Assembly (NCBI RefSeq): GCF_006345805.1 | Contig: NC_043026.1 | Location: forward strand, 13,185,579-13,249,578 | DNA length: 64,000 nt | Reading direction: 5' to 3' | DNA from: Octopus sinensis | Lineage: Eukaryota | Shown here: positions 46,659-59,169 of the stretch, one piece after another | Layout of the letters: each line of letters starts with the position of its first letter | How positions within the stretch are numbered: position 1 is the first letter of the stretch | Notes under the pieces: generated by a model | Told to the model about the DNA's origin: nothing | What the model saw: only the letters and a program-made list of their open reading frames with translations | Database searches by the model: none | Made by a program: the position numbers and the translations under genes

Positions 46659-48595
46659 GAGCGAACGCTTTACCACAGATATCTTCAGCAATGTGATTTT
46701 TGTCCTGTATTGTGCCTATTTAACCCTTTAGTGTCCGAATTAATATGTCATAGGCGGTGCTCCAGCATGGCCACAGTCAAATGACTGAAACAAGTAAAAG
46801 AGTAAAAGAGCATAAGTAATCCTTACTCATTTACATTTTATAAAATTAATCTGGTGAGCTGGTAGAATCGTTAGTACGCCGGGCGAAATGCGTAACCGTA
46901 TTTCGTCTGTCGTTAAGTTGTGAGTTCAAATTCCACCGAGGTCAACTTTGCCTTTCATCCTTTCGGGGTCGATAAATTAAGTACCAGTTACGCACTGGGG
47001 TCGAAGTAATCGACTTAATACCTATGTCTGTCCTTTCTCTGTTTAGCCCCTTGTGGGTAGTAAAGAAATAGGTATTTCGTCTGCCGCTACGTTCTGAGTT
47101 CAAATTCCGCCGAGGTCGACTTTGCCTTTCAGCCTTTCGGGGTCGATAAATTAAGTACCAGTTACGCACTGGGGTCGAAGTAATCGACTTAATCCGTTTG
47201 TTTGTCCTCTCTGTGTTTAGCCCCTTGTGGGTAGTAAACAAATAGGTATTTCGTCTGCTGTTACGTTCTGAGTTCAAATTCCGCTGAGGTCGACTTTGCT
47301 TTTCAGCCTTTCGGGGTCGATAAATTAAGTATCAGTTACGCACTGGGGTCGAAGTAATCGACTTAATACCTATGTCTGTCCTTGATTGTCCCTTCTATGT
47401 TTAGCCCCTTGTGGGTAATAAAGAAATAGGTATTATCTTGTAGCTTCAAGATTTGAAAGACGCAATTGTATATTTTTAGAATTACATTGCAGGGTAGGTG
47501 TGAGATACTGGTTCTGGCCAGTTTGAGCATAAAATGAGTAGAATATTCGGGCCGGATATAGCTGGTTTAACCCTTCAGTGCTCAGATTATTCTGTCAAAT
47601 GTGATGTTTGTTTATTTAAAATGGTTTGAATCAATCATGCATTATCTTGCAGTTTAGAGATTTCAGTGATGTGATTTTTTAGTTTTAGACTGACATGGTA
47701 GGGCTGAGGTGAGAGGCGAGATCTGGTCAGTTTCAATATAAAACAGGTTAAATATTTTGGCCAGATATGGCCGGTTTGAATGCTAAAGGGTCAAACAATG
47801 ATTTAAAAAGAAGAATTTACTACAGATGTATTCAGTAATAATGGGTTTTTTTCCTGTACAAATAAGCTTGTGCCTAATTAAGCCTTTAGTGTTCACATTA
47901 TTCTGCCAAAATTAATCCTTTTTTATCCACACTGTTTTGAACTAATCATTCATTAATCTTGTAGCTTTGAGATTTTGATGAGGTAGCTGTTAATTTTTAA
48001 AACGATATTGTCGGGTTGGTGTGAGATGTCAGATCTGTCCAGTTTGAACATAAAACAGGCAGAATGCTTTTGGCCGGATATGGCTGGTTTAAATAATGAT
48101 TTAAAAAGAAGGATTTACTACAGATGTATTCAGTAATAATGATTTTTTCCTGTACAAATAAGCTTGTGGCTACTTAAATAATGATTTAAAGAGAATGATG
48201 AACCACAGATATTAGTGATATGGTTTTTCCGAGTTCAATTTTCTAGAGATGATGACAACTTATAGATACCTCAGTGATGTTGTGATTTTCTTATCTCTTC
48301 GGTCCTTATGTAAGTTTTCTTATGCAAGTTCTGTTCCTTTTCTCACAATATTCAGATATTACACCTGTTCGCAGTTCTACAGGTTATTCCTTGCAATTGT
48401 TCCACTACTTTATTTCCAGTAACTGTGACCTTCGCCGCTGTTTATCTTCATCTTCAGAAGTGTTTCGGTTTAATTCACCACAGAATTATATAAACATGCT
48501 TATATTGTTTCTTTGGTGGAACATTTTCCTTTTAATCTTTAAATGATGATAAATATGGATGGCATATCTCTCTGATGTCAATGTCAACTGAAGAT
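46659..48595 (-). pseudogene. Decayed 5' part of the gene 6 coding exon (degenerate fingers interrupted by MITEs and SINEs)
   Basis: Acceptor AG at 48597-48596 followed by a 5'UTR homologous to genes 1-4 (atttatcatcatttaaagattaaaaggaaaatgtt); EKPYH.NICGSSFSLNHYLSSHKL remnants at 48090-48240. Confidence 0.6.
46853..47430 (+). repeat. Deu/Nin-like SINE head plus three tandem units
   Basis: Repeated gagttcaaattcc...gtgggtagtaaagaaatagg. Confidence 0.85.
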
Positions 48596-48661
48596 CTGAA
48601 AAAAGAGAGAAACAGCAGAATAAGATACGGAGGACATAAAAAGTGGACATTTTACAACATT

Positions 48662-48934
48662 GTTAAAGGAGGAATTACAACCGTGTTTCGTGGTCTGCTA
48701 CCACAACAGCTCCTTTATAGGATCCAGTTAGGTCAAGACATCATCAGGAGGAACCATGTCCGATTTCGGCCCCTACTCCTCTACCGTTTTGACATGGCGG
48801 GGCCCCCGCTTTCGGAGGTGTCTTCAGCTCTGGTGTTGGGTGCATGTCTTCTTCCTTCTCTTCCCTGGCCTCTTCGATGTATCGTCAGCGAGTGTCAGCC
48901 GGTGACTGACTGTCTTGTCAATTTTTTTTTTCTA
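48662..48934 (-). mobile_element. Small TSD-flanked retroposon carrying a hammerhead-ribozyme core (retrozyme/Penelope-associated candidate)
   Basis: Direct repeat gacattttacaacatt at 48646-48661 and 48935-48950; CTGATGA 48747-48741, GAAAC 48689-48685, GTA triplets at 48784-48782 and 48678-48676. Confidence 0.6.
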
Positions 48935-49214
48935 GACATTTTACAACATTTTTTAAAGAGATAAACTTTACATAAAACCAACTACTTGATTCAATTTATT
49001 GTTTCTTTTATTTCTAAGCGGGTGTGGCTGTGTGGTGAGAAGCTTACTTCCAAAGAACTCATGACTCTAGGTTCAGTCCCGCTGTGTGGTACCTTAAGCA
49101 AGTGTCTACTATAGTCTCACACCGACCAAAACCTTGTGGGAAGATTTAGCAGACGGAAACTGAAAGAAACCCGTCGTGTATGTGTGTGTGTGTGTATGTG
49201 TGTGTATATATATA

Positions 49215-49602
49215 GGCGCAGGAGTGGCTGTGTGGTAGGTCGCATGTTTACCAACCACATGTTTCCGGGTTCAGTCCCACTGCGTGGCATCTTGGGCAAG
49301 TGTCTTCTACTATAGCCTCGGGCCGACCAAAGCCTTGTGAGTAGATTTGGTAGACGGAAACTGAAAGAAGCCCGTCGTATATATATATATGTGTGTGTGT
49401 TTGTGTGTCTGTGTTTGTCCCCCTAGCATTGCTTGACAACCGATGCTGGTGTGTTTATGTCCCCGTTACTTAGCCGTTCGGCAAAAGAGACCGATAGAAT
49501 AAGTACTGGGCTTACAAAAGAATAAGTCCCGGGGTCGAGTTGCTCGATTAAAGGCGGTGCTCCAGCATGGCCGCAGTCAAATGACTGAAACAAGTAAAAG
49601 AG
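49215..49602 (+). mobile_element. Family C SINE (older partial copy directly upstream at 49018-49200)
   Basis: Full-length match. Confidence 0.85.
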
Positions 49603-49794
49603 AGGGAGAGAGCGCAAGCATTTTTGCCCAGTGCTCTACCAATTCTATACCAGCTCACCACCTAATATGAAATAAAACATGATGTTTCAAATTTTAGCAC
49701 AATTTTAAACTTGAAAAGATCGTCATGATAGTATTAAAGATTCCATTTTAAACTTGAAAAAAAAAACCAAAAAAGACTTGCATATTTAGTTCTT

Positions 49795-50150
49795 ACCTGT
49801 TTCAGGTGTGTGGATGTAAAAATCTGAAAAATTTCCAATCAGAAAACAGAATCGATCTGTCATTCGCTTCCACGGAAACACCCGAAGTGAAATATTTTGA
49901 TTTTGTCGTTTTTTTTCTCCGACCAGTTGTTATTCCTTTGGATGCGTTCACGCTTATTCCGTTCCAATTATTTTATAAATTAGACGATATTAATTAAATA
50001 TTCTGCAATTAATCTCTCGTCCTCTGAATCCAACAACAACAGGAAATCGTCATAGCAATCTCTAGTGATTGGAGGTCAGTTTTTCTTATGCAACCAATGT
50101 CACTTCCGTTATGTCACTTTCACTCTTCAGGAAATTCACAAACATTGCAA
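49795..50150 (-). promoter_or_regulatory. Possible promoter/exon 1 of gene 6 (donor CAG|GTAAGA at 49796; CCAAT and ETS-like CGGAAGTG motifs)
   Basis: Motif inspection only; unique sequence upstream of the 48597 acceptor. Confidence 0.35.
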
Positions 50151-51077
50151 AATATAATTACGTTATCTTGGTAATTAACTCCGCTAATTAATTAATTACA
50201 CAGGTTATTCATTAGAAGTATGACGGGACGTACCTAGGAAGTACCGGATACATTTCAAGAAAGTGTTGTTTTTTTATATAAATGACGGTGCCCCAGAATG
50301 GCCACAGCTCGTGAGCTGAAACTAGATAAAATAAAAAATATGGTGGGGTTAGGATTAGGGGTGGAGAAAAGAGTTTCTGTTATCTTCAGAAATGTAAACA
50401 AAGCCACTTACGGTACCTATACCGAAGGATCGCCATATATTTTACAAGGTTCTCTACAGGTCACACGTTACTTGTATGTTAAGCTGCCTATCTATCGACC
50501 TACCATTCTATCAGTCTACTTCGATATTTACTTTCATATCCATAAACCCTTTACATATCCATCATCTTTTGCGTCCATGAACCTTTAAAACATTTCGCCC
50601 CACCATAACCTCTCGTAACTTTTTATTTAAAAAAAATTTCGGAAAACTTTTTGCAAAGTTGGGAACTACATTCGGGAATTCATACAAATATGCAAAACAA
50701 AAAATTGTGTGTGTGTGTGTGATTTAAGGGCAATTTAATTGATTTTTAGCACATCCCACGACCACCTGATATCTTCCTCGTTTCTTTTAATGCGCCTTAA
50801 TGGCGATCATTCGTTACTAGTAACATAACTGTCACTTATAAACCCACGTGGGTTTATTTACATTTCTGAAGAAAAAAGATACCCTCCCCCTAACCCTAAC
50901 CCCACATATATATATATATATATATATATTAAAAAAAAATTTTACGGAAATTACTACTATTCCCGTCAAACCTTGCTTTTGCCAGTTGGATATCATTGTC
51001 TTGAAATTTACTATTTTCCATTACATTTCAGATAGATTCAGTACTGAGTTGTCCCAGCAGAAATATCTTTATAGCAA

Positions 51078-51468
51078 ACTAGCTGTATCGCCCGGCGTTG
51101 CTCGGGTTTGTAAGGGAAATAACTATATAAGCATTTTTAGAGAGTTATAGCCAAAAAATTGCAAAAATAGAAAAAAAATGATTGTAAATTTTTTTTTAAA
51201 TCGTTGACTCATCGTAGACATTTTTAGAGAGTTACTTCCCTTATATAATAGCGAAAAAATGCATTAAAATGGAAAAAAATTGTGGTAAATTTTTTTTTTA
51301 ATTGTAGACTCATCGTAGACGCGCGCTAATACCCAGAAGGGCTCGATATGAATCACGACTATAAGATACCCGCTTTTGGTTAAACTGCACCGCAAAATGT
51401 GGGAGTAGTTAGGAATCTGAATCGTAGGAGACAGACACTCACACAACTTCAGTTTTATATTTAAAGAT
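51078..51468 (+). mobile_element. Non-autonomous Helitron-like element
   Basis: Starts actagctgtatcgcccggcgttgctcggg, ends ...agttttatatttaaagat; resembles Lep1/HINE-type termini (from memory). Confidence 0.5.
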
Positions 51469-51492
51469 ATTCTACTCAATACCACAGATTTG

Positions 51493-51680
51493 CTTCATCA
51501 CCATCATCATCGTTTAGCGTCCGCTTTCCATGCTAGCATGGGTTGGACGGTTCAGCCGGGGTCTGGGAAGCCAGGAGGCTGCACCAGGCTCCAGTCTGAT
51601 CTGGCAGTGTTTCTACGGCTGGATGCCCTTCCTAATGCCAACCACTCTGGGAGTGTAGTTGGTGCTTTTTACGTGCCAGG
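51493..51680 (-). mobile_element. Family M repeat (partial)
   Basis: catcatcgtttagcgtccgc... match. Confidence 0.75.
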
Positions 51681-52362
51681 ACAATATGGGCATCTCTGAT
51701 GATAAGCAGGAGTAGTAGGGAAGCATCATGGCCATGTGTTGATAGGGATTCTTTGGGGTTTGAATAAATATCATAACAAAAGGAAAATGTGAAGGAAATA
51801 TTAGCCATTTTTCATACTTTCTGAGGGTAATCAAATAGGAAATAACAGTTGATACCCAAAGACAAAAATCGTGTTACACAGTGTCATTAATTCCAATTAG
51901 CCTAATTAGAGGAGGCATTTGATGGAAAACATTGTGAATTGAACAGTCAGAAATGTGTTGACTTTCCTCGGGACAACAACAGACTTCCTGTTTCCTTTTG
52001 CATGCAGCAGAAATTAGTACAGCTTGGCTGGTATGTCCTATCACATCTACTTGTGGAGGCACATGACCTAGTGGTTAGAGCAGCGGATCTGTGGTCGAGA
52101 GATCACAGGTTCGAATCTCAGACCGGGCGATGTGTGTGTTTATGAGCGAAACAACCAAGCTCCATGCGGCTCCAGCAGAAGGTAATGGCGAAACTTCTGC
52201 TGACTCTTTTGCCACAACTTTCTCTCACTCTTTCTTCCTGCATCTTGCAGCTCACCTGTGACGGACCGGTGTCCTGTCCAGGTGGGGAACCTATACGCCA
52301 AGGAAACCGGGAAACTGGCCCTATGAGCCAGGAGTGGCTCGAGAAGGAACTAACAATCACAT

Positions 52363-52545
52363 CCACTCGACTCACCTGATCTTGCACCTTCAGATTACCA
52401 TTTATTTTGATCCCTTCAAAATACTCTCAATGGGGGAGAACTTCAGTTCTTCGAAAGAGTGTAAAAACCAGTTCACAACCCCAAGCGATGCCTATTTCTG
52501 GGTAGATGAGATCAAGAAACTCCCTTAAAGATGGTGACAGGTACA
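52363..52545 (+). mobile_element. Mariner transposase C-terminal fragment
   Basis: SPDLAPSDYHLF*SLQNTLNG. Confidence 0.7.
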
Positions 52546-52991
52546 AAACGTGGATGATTTGACAAGGTATGACAAATGCAAGTCTGCTTTGTTCCTTCAG
52601 TTGGGACCCTTTTCTAACACATTTCAGAGTGTACAGGGTGCTTTAGTCATGACACAGGTAAATATGCAACCTCTACTCAGCTTAGAAGACAAGGTTCTCG
52701 TCAACAGGGGCTAGATTAGTGAGGGAGGTGACTTTCTGCTCAGAGACAAGAAGTTAAACGTTAAAAGAAAGGACCTTATAGACATATGGTATTTATGGTA
52801 AACGGTGCATATGGCTTAGTGGCTATGGGATTTGGCTCACAATTGTAAGGTTGTGAGTTCAATTCCAGGCAGCAATTCCTTGAGTAAGACACTTCTTGTT
52901 GCTCCAGTCCACTCAGCTGATAAAAATGAATTGTACCTGAAATTCAAATGGCCAGCCTGGTCACACTGAATCTCACTGAGAACTACATTAA

Positions 52992-53200
52992 CCCTTTTGA
53001 TACTAAACAGCCTCTGGCTCTGTAGTACAAATGTCTTATTTTAATAAATTTTGAATTAAAATCTTCCACCAAACAGTCACAATTTATGTTCCTAACACTA
53101 GCTTAATGATAACTAAGTTATTTTATTAAATTCTTTGTTATATTTAAAATTAATTGAAAGAAACACAGAGCATCTCAAAATAAATACAGTAAGGAAAGGG
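52992..53200. mobile_element. Complete piggyBac-type MITE with TTAA duplication
   Basis: TTAA 52988-52991, CCC...GGG, TTAA 53201-53204. Confidence 0.85.
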
Positions 53201-54129
53201 TTAAGAGTATCTGTGTCTGTGGAATGCTCATGGTACAAGATGTTAGACTTAGGGAGACTATCGGCAAAGAATTGAGGATAGATGGGTAGATAGGTAAGTT
53301 TGTGAGAGAGTAAAAAGAAAGTGAAAGTGAGTAAGGACAAGTAACAGAAGTGAAAAAAACACTGAAGTATTTTCTTTTTCATTTTGTATATTTATTTACA
53401 ACATAACAACTGTTCACTGATTTTATCTTTTATTGTATATATAGCTACAGAAAATATGAAATATTGTTATCACAGTTATATCATTTTTCCTGTGCCGAAG
53501 CATAATCATCATCTAATTTCCACCTTCAAAGATTGCACGGCTTGCACATGTTGACAGGTCCAGGGACTGCTTTGTCCCCCAGTGTTTGCGCTGGCTTTGC
53601 CAACACCAATCACTTCACTTAGTGCACTGGGTGCTTTTGTCATGACACTAGTACCAATGAAGCTACTATGCAGCCTGCAACACTGAAATCCCCTTCGACT
53701 GAGCAGAGCTACATTAAGAGGGAGATAAGAGGTTAAAGTACGAAAGAAGGGGTTGTATAGTTATGTATATCTATCTTGTAGGATGAATTTTAAACCTTCT
53801 CCGTGCTGTTGACCACATGAGTTTCCTTCCTTGTAGCTGCATTTTGTCACATTGCTAAAGTTTATTTCCAGTAAACAGGGTACTTTTGATTCAGAATAAG
53901 GGTTAGGGTTAATTTTTGTTTTCTGATGTTATTTTCATTGTTTATAAACTAAGCACGAGGTAACCAATCTTCAAAATCGATTGCAGTTTCTTTTACATTT
54001 TATTTTTACTGAATCGAAATGGCCACCCCTGCATTTGAAGCTTTTTCTGAAGAAAATCTTGTTTGATTCTGACTCAGACGATGATTTTGAAGGATTTACT
54101 TAAGCAGACATCGATGGTGAAATTATTCA

Positions 54130-54380
54130 AGATGATGTCCAGCGACGTGAGGACCAAAGAACTGAAGTATTTCAGATTGCAAGACGGTGTGTGAGACAAA
54201 ACTGTGATGTCACAGGAGAGAAATGTGTCCACATGGATGATGGTGCACTTGCTTTCAATGATTCGGAAAAGAAAGAGGCTTGGAAAAGTCATTATGAAAG
54301 TCTGCTGAACGTGAAAAATGAATGAGAGGAGATCCTGCCAAATGTAGACCCAGTAGAGGTACCAGCTATCTGAATAGACA
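54130..54380 (+). mobile_element. RTE LINE endonuclease-RT linker fragment
   Basis: EVFQIARRCVRQNCDVTGEKCV...EAWKSHYESLLNV. Confidence 0.6.
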
Positions 54381-55242
54381 GATTTATCAAAGATGTCACA
54401 GTAATAGGATTCTCTCTGAAATCAATATGTTAGTGAATAGTTCATGAATAGTTAAGGCCACATGTCTTCCTAGACATGGGATGATGCATTAAAGGCTGAT
54501 CACAAGACACTGAGCCTTAAAAGGAGGGACTAAGGACCTGGACATCAGATGCATTGCTTTACTCAAAACGACCAGTCCACCACAGCAGCATTGACACTAG
54601 TGCTGGCTCCACATAAAAAGGACTTGCGCTGGTGTCACGATAAGGGCACCCAGTACACTCAATGGAGTGGTTAGCATTAGGAAGGGCATCCAGTTGTAGA
54701 AATCCATGCCACAACAGATAGTGGTGCTTGGTGCAGCTCCTGGCATTAGCAGCTCCAGTCAAACCATGTAACTGATACCAGCATAGAAAACGGATGTTAA
54801 ATGATGCTGATGATAAGGCCGATGTTGGTATTGTGTAGCCGGCACATAAAAAGCACCCTTCAAACGTTGGGTGATATGCTGTGCTTAAGAAAACCTGTCA
54901 GTGTGAAATTGAAGTCATGGCCAATGCTAGAGTCATCTGACTGGCACTTGAGCTGGTGGTATATAAAAAGCACCATTTAAGCTTTGGGCCTCATGGAGAC
55001 AGGGACAGGTGACTGAGAAATTTGGCAATATACCGTGCTTCTGAAGACCTGTCAAGCCAATTGAGATTGATGCTGGTGTCACATTAAGGGCATGTAAAAA
55101 AACACTGATTAGACTCTTGGCATTAGGAAGGGCATCCAGCCATAGGAACCATGCCAAATCAGATTGCCCCCGGTTTACCAGCTTTCAGTCAAATCATCAA
55201 ACCCATGCCAGCATAGAAAATGGATGTTAAATGATGATAATG

Positions 55243-55560
55243 ATCATCATCATCGTTTAGCGTCCGCTTTCCATGCTGGCATGGGTTGGACGGTTCAACT
55301 GGGGTCTGGGAAGCCAGGAGGCTGCACCAGGCTCCAGTCTGATCTGGCAATATTTCTACGGCTGGATGCCCTTCCTAACGCCAACCACTCCATTAGTGTA
55401 ATGGGTGCTTTTTACGTGCCACCGGCACCGGTGCCAGACGAGGCTGGCAAACGACCACGATTGGATGGTGCTTTTTACATGCCACCGGCACGGAAGCCAG
55501 TCATGGCGGCGCTGGCAACGGCCACGTTCAGATGGTTCTCTTATGTGCCACCGGCACTGG
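55243..55560 (-). mobile_element. Family M repeat immediately 3' of gene 7
   Basis: Full core plus minisatellite units. Confidence 0.8.
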
Positions 55561-55587
55561 TATCACAGCTACAAAGTGATATGGTTT

Positions 55588-56424
55588 CTAAACTCTATGC
55601 TTAAGTTTATGTCTCTTTAAGTAATTATACGAAAATGATTTACCACAGATATCACAGTCAGATGGCTTCTTTTCAGAATGAACATATTTGTGAATATTTA
55701 AGCCATTTAAGCAAGAGAAAGATTTACCACAAATATCACATAGATATAGTTTCTCTCCCGTATGAATACGTTTGTGACCAGCTAAATCACTACTTTGAGA
55801 AAATGATTTATTACAGACATCACAGTGAAATGGTTTCTCCCCTGTATGAATACGCTTATGAACAGTTAAGGGGCTACTTTCAGCGAATGATTTACCACAG
55901 ATATTACACTGATATGGTTTTTCCCCTGTGTGAATACGTCTGTGTACAGTCAAGTGAGTACTTTGTGAGAATGATTTATTACAGATATCACACTGATATG
56001 GTTTTTCACCGGTATGAAAGCGTTTATGTTGAGTCAAGTCACTACTCCCAGAGAATGATTTACCACAGATGTCACAGTGAAATGGTTTCTCCCCCGTATG
56101 AATGCGTTTGTGTTTAGTCAGGGTACTCCCTACTGAGAAAGATTTACCACAGACATCGCAGGGATATGGTTTCTCTCCTGTGTGAATACGTATATGAACA
56201 GTCAAATGAATCCTTCGAGAGAATGCCTTACCACAGATATCACAGTGATGTGACCTCTCTCTTCTGTGAATACGTTTGTGCTCATTGAGGGGCCTCTTGT
56301 CAGGGAATAATTTACCACAGATATCACACTGACATGGTGTTTTTCCTTTCTCTTTCTTTATATCATCAGGAAAATCAATAGCTTTACATTGTCTTTCATA
56401 GTCCTCACATAATATATACTCCAT
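55588..56424 (-). CDS. C2H2 zinc-finger protein, gene 7 (278 aa, 9 fingers; last one residue short)
   Basis: Shares leader and 4-finger core with genes 1-4; homologous acceptor at 56971-56970. Confidence 0.92.
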   Translation of the reverse strand: MEYILCEDYERQCKAIDFPDDIKKEKGKTPCQCDICGKLFPDKRPLNEHKRIHRRERSHHCDICGKAFSRRIHLTVHIRIHTGEKPYPCDVCGKSFSVGSTLTKHKRIHTGEKPFHCDICGKSFSGSSDLTQHKRFHTGEKPYQCDICNKSFSQSTHLTVHRRIHTGEKPYQCNICGKSFAESSPLTVHKRIHTGEKPFHCDVCNKSFSQSSDLAGHKRIHTGEKLYLCDICGKSFSCLNGLNIHKYVHSEKKPSDCDICGKSFSYNYLKRHKLKHRV

Positions 56425-58220
56425 AATTTTTCTTCTCCAACTAAAAAATACTGTGGTTTATTAGTATTATTATTTGTATTTTTTTTTTGCAGATATATAT
56501 TTTGTTCATAACAGATATTTCTACTGCTATATCTCCATCACTTCTGATCTTTCTGGTATTTGAATGATGAAGACACCTTTATGAATTTGTCTAAGTTTAA
56601 TTACAACACAAAAACCACATTGTAAATATTCAAGGCACTTTAGGAGAAGTGTTGCTATTCCAAGAAAACCGTCCTAGAAAAATGTTGCTTTTAATTTCCA
56701 TTCAGAAAACCAATTTCACTGTAATTCACTCAAAATTTATATAAACAAGATTGCATCAATTCTGTAAAACATTTTCCTTTTGGTCATCAAGAGACGATAA
56801 CTAATGATGATGTATCTGCTGCAAACAATTCTTTAACCTTTTGCACACTGTCCATACATTATGTCACTGTATGAGTTTTCTCCTCTGTAGCAGCAGAGCA
56901 GTGGAAGTGGAGACAATCCTAGAGAAGATGCAGTGTTTGAAAGGTTAATCTTAAATGTTATTTGATAATCTGAAATAAGAAAGAAACAATAGTATAGAAG
57001 ACATTTAAACAAATGTAAATAAACCCAATCTGTTTCTTAAACGAGGGACATATTCATACGGCACAGAATGCTTTTTACCTCAATAGACTGTCATTGATTG
57101 GTTGAAATTGCAGAAATTGAAGAAAAAAAAATAACAAATATCTTACAAACTATAGAATTTTCTCAATAAAGCCAAGAGAAAAAGATGTTTTATAAACATA
57201 TTCTACCAGTACACGAAGTTTAACATTTTTTAGTTAACTAGAAATTATGTTAAAAGCTGCCGTTCAAACCGAAAAGATCCGAAAGCGGTTCTGAACCAGG
57301 GTCCATAAAAGATTTAGTTAAAATTTATTTGGAAATAAATTAGTTATACGTCTATAATACACAAAATATTTTTACAATTTTGTTTATAAAATTATTAATA
57401 AAAACTTTAATTGAATTTTTTAAAACATCGAATCGCTCGTTAGGAGGGTACAACCGAGTAAAATAGGAATTAAAGAAGTCCATATATAAAATATATGTTG
57501 GAGCAGGAGTCTGGGAACTTTTTTAACCAGTTACCCCAAAATATATTTAAGTCGACGTTACCTCCCTTGAGTTGAAACTAAATAAATTTCAGATTCTTTG
57601 AATTCAAAAGATTTATTGTATTTATTTATATGGAGAACACAATTATAAATATAAAAAGTATAAAACAAATGCGACAAAATAAGTTAATAGCCTTATTACG
57701 AAACAAAAGGATTTTTCATTTCAGGTTTGGAAGAAATGATGTTTCATTTTCGTTAAAATTACATCAAAACTGTGACATTTTGATGCCAGAGAAATTAGGA
57801 TAGTCTTCAGTATCCAATCGATTACTCCTTATTTTTATGTTCACTAGGGTGGAAAATCCTTGTTTGCAAAGGTGGGCTGTTGCAAAAGTCAACTTTCTGA
57901 TTCCAGACACGATTCTTTATATAATTCTACCTATGTCCAATGAGTCCTCCTTACTCCCACTTGGGGTTATTTACCCCGATTCGCCGACTCCTGATTTAGA
58001 CAATAGTCTAGAACTGGGGTTTCTCAACCAGGGTCCATATACGACTTTGAGGGGTCCACGCAACAAAATAGTCAAAAGTGGATTCGCAATAGTATTTTAA
58101 GAGCCTCTGACAAATTTCGTTTTAGGTTTATGTAATGGTATGTATTGCAAGAAACAGCTTGACGTCTCTCAACCTAAACAAGTTAATGTGGAAGACAAAA
58201 CAGGATTTTTGAAAGAAGTT

Positions 58221-58894
58221 GGGATCTTTTCGGTTTGAACGGCAGTTTTTTCTAGCGGTGTCATATGAAATTGTCACCCATAATTATGACCCTGGTCATC
58301 ATCATCATTGTTCGACTGTAGTCGAGACAATGGAATTTACCATGTTACGCCAGACTTCACGGTCCATCAGGGCATTACGGAGGTCCTGTTGCTGGATGCC
58401 TGTATCCCTGGAGATTACATCAGGGTAGGAGAGTGTGCGCCCTCTGGTATTGCGAGTAGATGGCTTCCAGAGGAGAAGAGTAGAAATTACCTCTTTTTCA
58501 GCTCTACAACAATGTCCAGCAAACTGGACTCTCCTACATTTCACAAGACCCTGGTATCGATCGATTGCATTTCAATCTGTTTTAGGGTTAGGGGTAGGGG
58601 GAAGGGTATCTTTTTTTCTTCAGAAATGTAAATAAACCCAATCTGTTTCTTAAACGAGGGACATATTCATACGGCACAGAATGTTTTTTTTTTACCTCAA
58701 TACCCGTCATTGATTGATTGAAATTGCAGAAATTGAAGAAAAAAACAACAAATATCTTACAAACTATAGAATTTTCTCAATAAAGCCAAGAGAAAAGGAT
58801 GTTTTATAAACACATTCTATCAGTATACGAAGGTTAAAAGTGTTTAGTTACCTAGAAATTATGTTAAAAACTGCCGTTCAAACCGAAAAGATCC
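58221..58894. mobile_element. MITE with GGATCTTTTCGGTTTGAACGGCAG TIRs, containing an RTE 3' end; related pieces at 57010-57282 and 10480-10708
   Basis: Terminal inverted repeats seen directly. Confidence 0.7.
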
Positions 58895-59169
58895 AGCAGC
58901 TATAAGACTAGTTTTTAAAAATCGAATGGTTATGGGAGTCCACCAGAATAAAATAGTAACCAAAGGGATCCATTGGTTAAAAGAATGGTTAAAAACTGCT
59001 GGTAATTGCTTTGTATCGTTGAAATCTGTTCGATAATTGAGGCAAGGAGGTGGAGACCAGAACTGCTGTCTACGTCCACCGAGCAACATTAAAGGGTTTG
59101 TTTTGTGGAGGCGAAGATGCGGGAGTTAATGCAGACGATGACACACGATGTTAATTAAGAGATAGAATA

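Noticed and set aside
48587-48625. CTGAAGA-tct-gaaaaa-aga-GAAAC on + strand
   Set aside because: No stem III, cleavage triplet or stem I; it is the antisense of the gene 6 polypyrimidine tract/acceptor.
48575-48964. 129-aa plus-strand ORF
   Set aside because: Spans host sequence, TSD and the hammerhead insert antisense; no recognisable domain.
54015-54130. Acidic FDSDSDDDFEGF stretch resembling a piggyBac/pogo transposase terminus
   Set aside because: Too short and low-complexity to assign.
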